A program made the translations under genes and the position numbers. DNA of 64,000 nucleotides from Lama glama (taxonomy: Eukaryota), in NCBI GenBank assembly GCA_028534125.1, contig CM052818.1:10294001-10358000 (forward strand). The letters are read 5' to 3'. Numbering within the stretch: position 1 is the stretch's first letter; the number at the start of each line of letters is the position of its first letter. Below, in pieces: positions 63,085 through 64,000 of this stretch. The notes beneath the pieces are model-generated. The model did not search any database, had not been told where the DNA came from, and worked only from the letters and a program-made list of their open reading frames with translations.

Positions 63085-64000
63085 GATATACTTTCCTGGT
63101 TAATTGAATATTTTTATCATTGTGAAATTTCCCTCTTTATCTCAATGAATGATTTTTGCCTTAAATTCTACTTTGATATTAATTTAGCTATACCAGCTTT
63201 ATTTTGGTTATTATTTGCATGGTATTTCTTTTTCTATATTTTCAACCTTTTTGTATGATTATATTCAATGAGTGTCACTTATAGGCAATATTTTTGGGTT
63301 TGGGGTTTTTATCCTGTCTGGTAATCTTTCTCTTTTAATTGAAGCATTTTGTACATTTGACTTATAATGTATTTATGGATTTATTTGGGTTTAAATCTAC
63401 ACTCTTATATTTGTTTTATATTTATCTCACTGATAATATTTCATGTTCTCTCCTTTCTTACTTTCTTTTGGATTATTTCTTTATTATTTCATTTTCTATT
63501 AGCTTGTTATATTTTTATAATTATTATAGTTATATTTTTGGTAATAGTTATAGTAGTTAAGAAATTTCCACATACATGCTTGACACAACAAGTGTAAAAT
63601 GAGAATGTTCATTACTTGCTGATTAAAACAAAGATCCTAGAATACTGTATATTTTTCCCCTTTTGACTTCTTTGCTATTATGATTATGAATTTTAATTTG
63701 TAGATATTTTAAATCTTACAAAGCAAAATTATTAATATTTTATATAGTAACTGTTCATTTACCATATCCACATATTTTCAGTTCCTGTTACTCTTCATGT
63801 CTTCCTGCATCTCTAAGTTTTCATCTGGGATCATTCTCTTTCTGTGTATAGACATTTCCCTTAGTTCAAATCTACTGAAAAATCTCTCAGTTTTTGTTTG
63901 AAAAATGTCTTGATTTCGCTGACATTTTTCAAGGATATTTTAGCTGGGTATGGGATTTTAGGATGAAGTTATTTTCTTAGAACTTTTAAGATATTTTACA
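63085..64000 (-). mobile_element. Old L1M, antisense (ORF2 5' end, inter-ORF, ORF1 3' end), runs off the window
   Basis: T-rich; gatattaatttagctataccagcttt (antisense of KAGIAxLI); ctctcagtttttgtttg...aaggatattttagctgggtat. Confidence 0.8.

Overview
Mammalian (eutherian) non-coding DNA; I find no supportable protein-coding gene, RNA gene or CRISPR array. The ORF track is chance ORFs plus decayed LINE-1 ORF2 fragments. Bases 1-51.8 kb are a mosaic of ancient repeats (MIR, L2, L3/CR1, L1M, MLT1/MLT2/LTR33-like LTRs, hAT and Tigger MITEs). Between them lie apparently repeat-free blocks rich in homeodomain, PBX-HOX, MEIS and POU motifs that look like developmental enhancers. There is also a GC-box promoter-like element at ~3.15 kb and a CTCF-like motif at ~41.0 kb. 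Bases 51.8-60.75 kb are a near-full-length old L1M holding four later retrotransposition events that I could resolve by their target-site duplications (TSDs). These are a tiny L1 tail with a probable 3' transduction, an antisense retrocopy of a chimeric RNA (MIR plus L1ME pieces), a twin-primed 5'-inverted young L1 nested inside that retrocopy, and a 1.5-kb antisense young L1. The young L1 3' tails resemble camelid (alpaca/camel) L1s as I recall them, so the taxon is an inference. Repeat subfamily names come from pattern recall, not RepeatMasker, and ancient-repeat boundaries are approximate.
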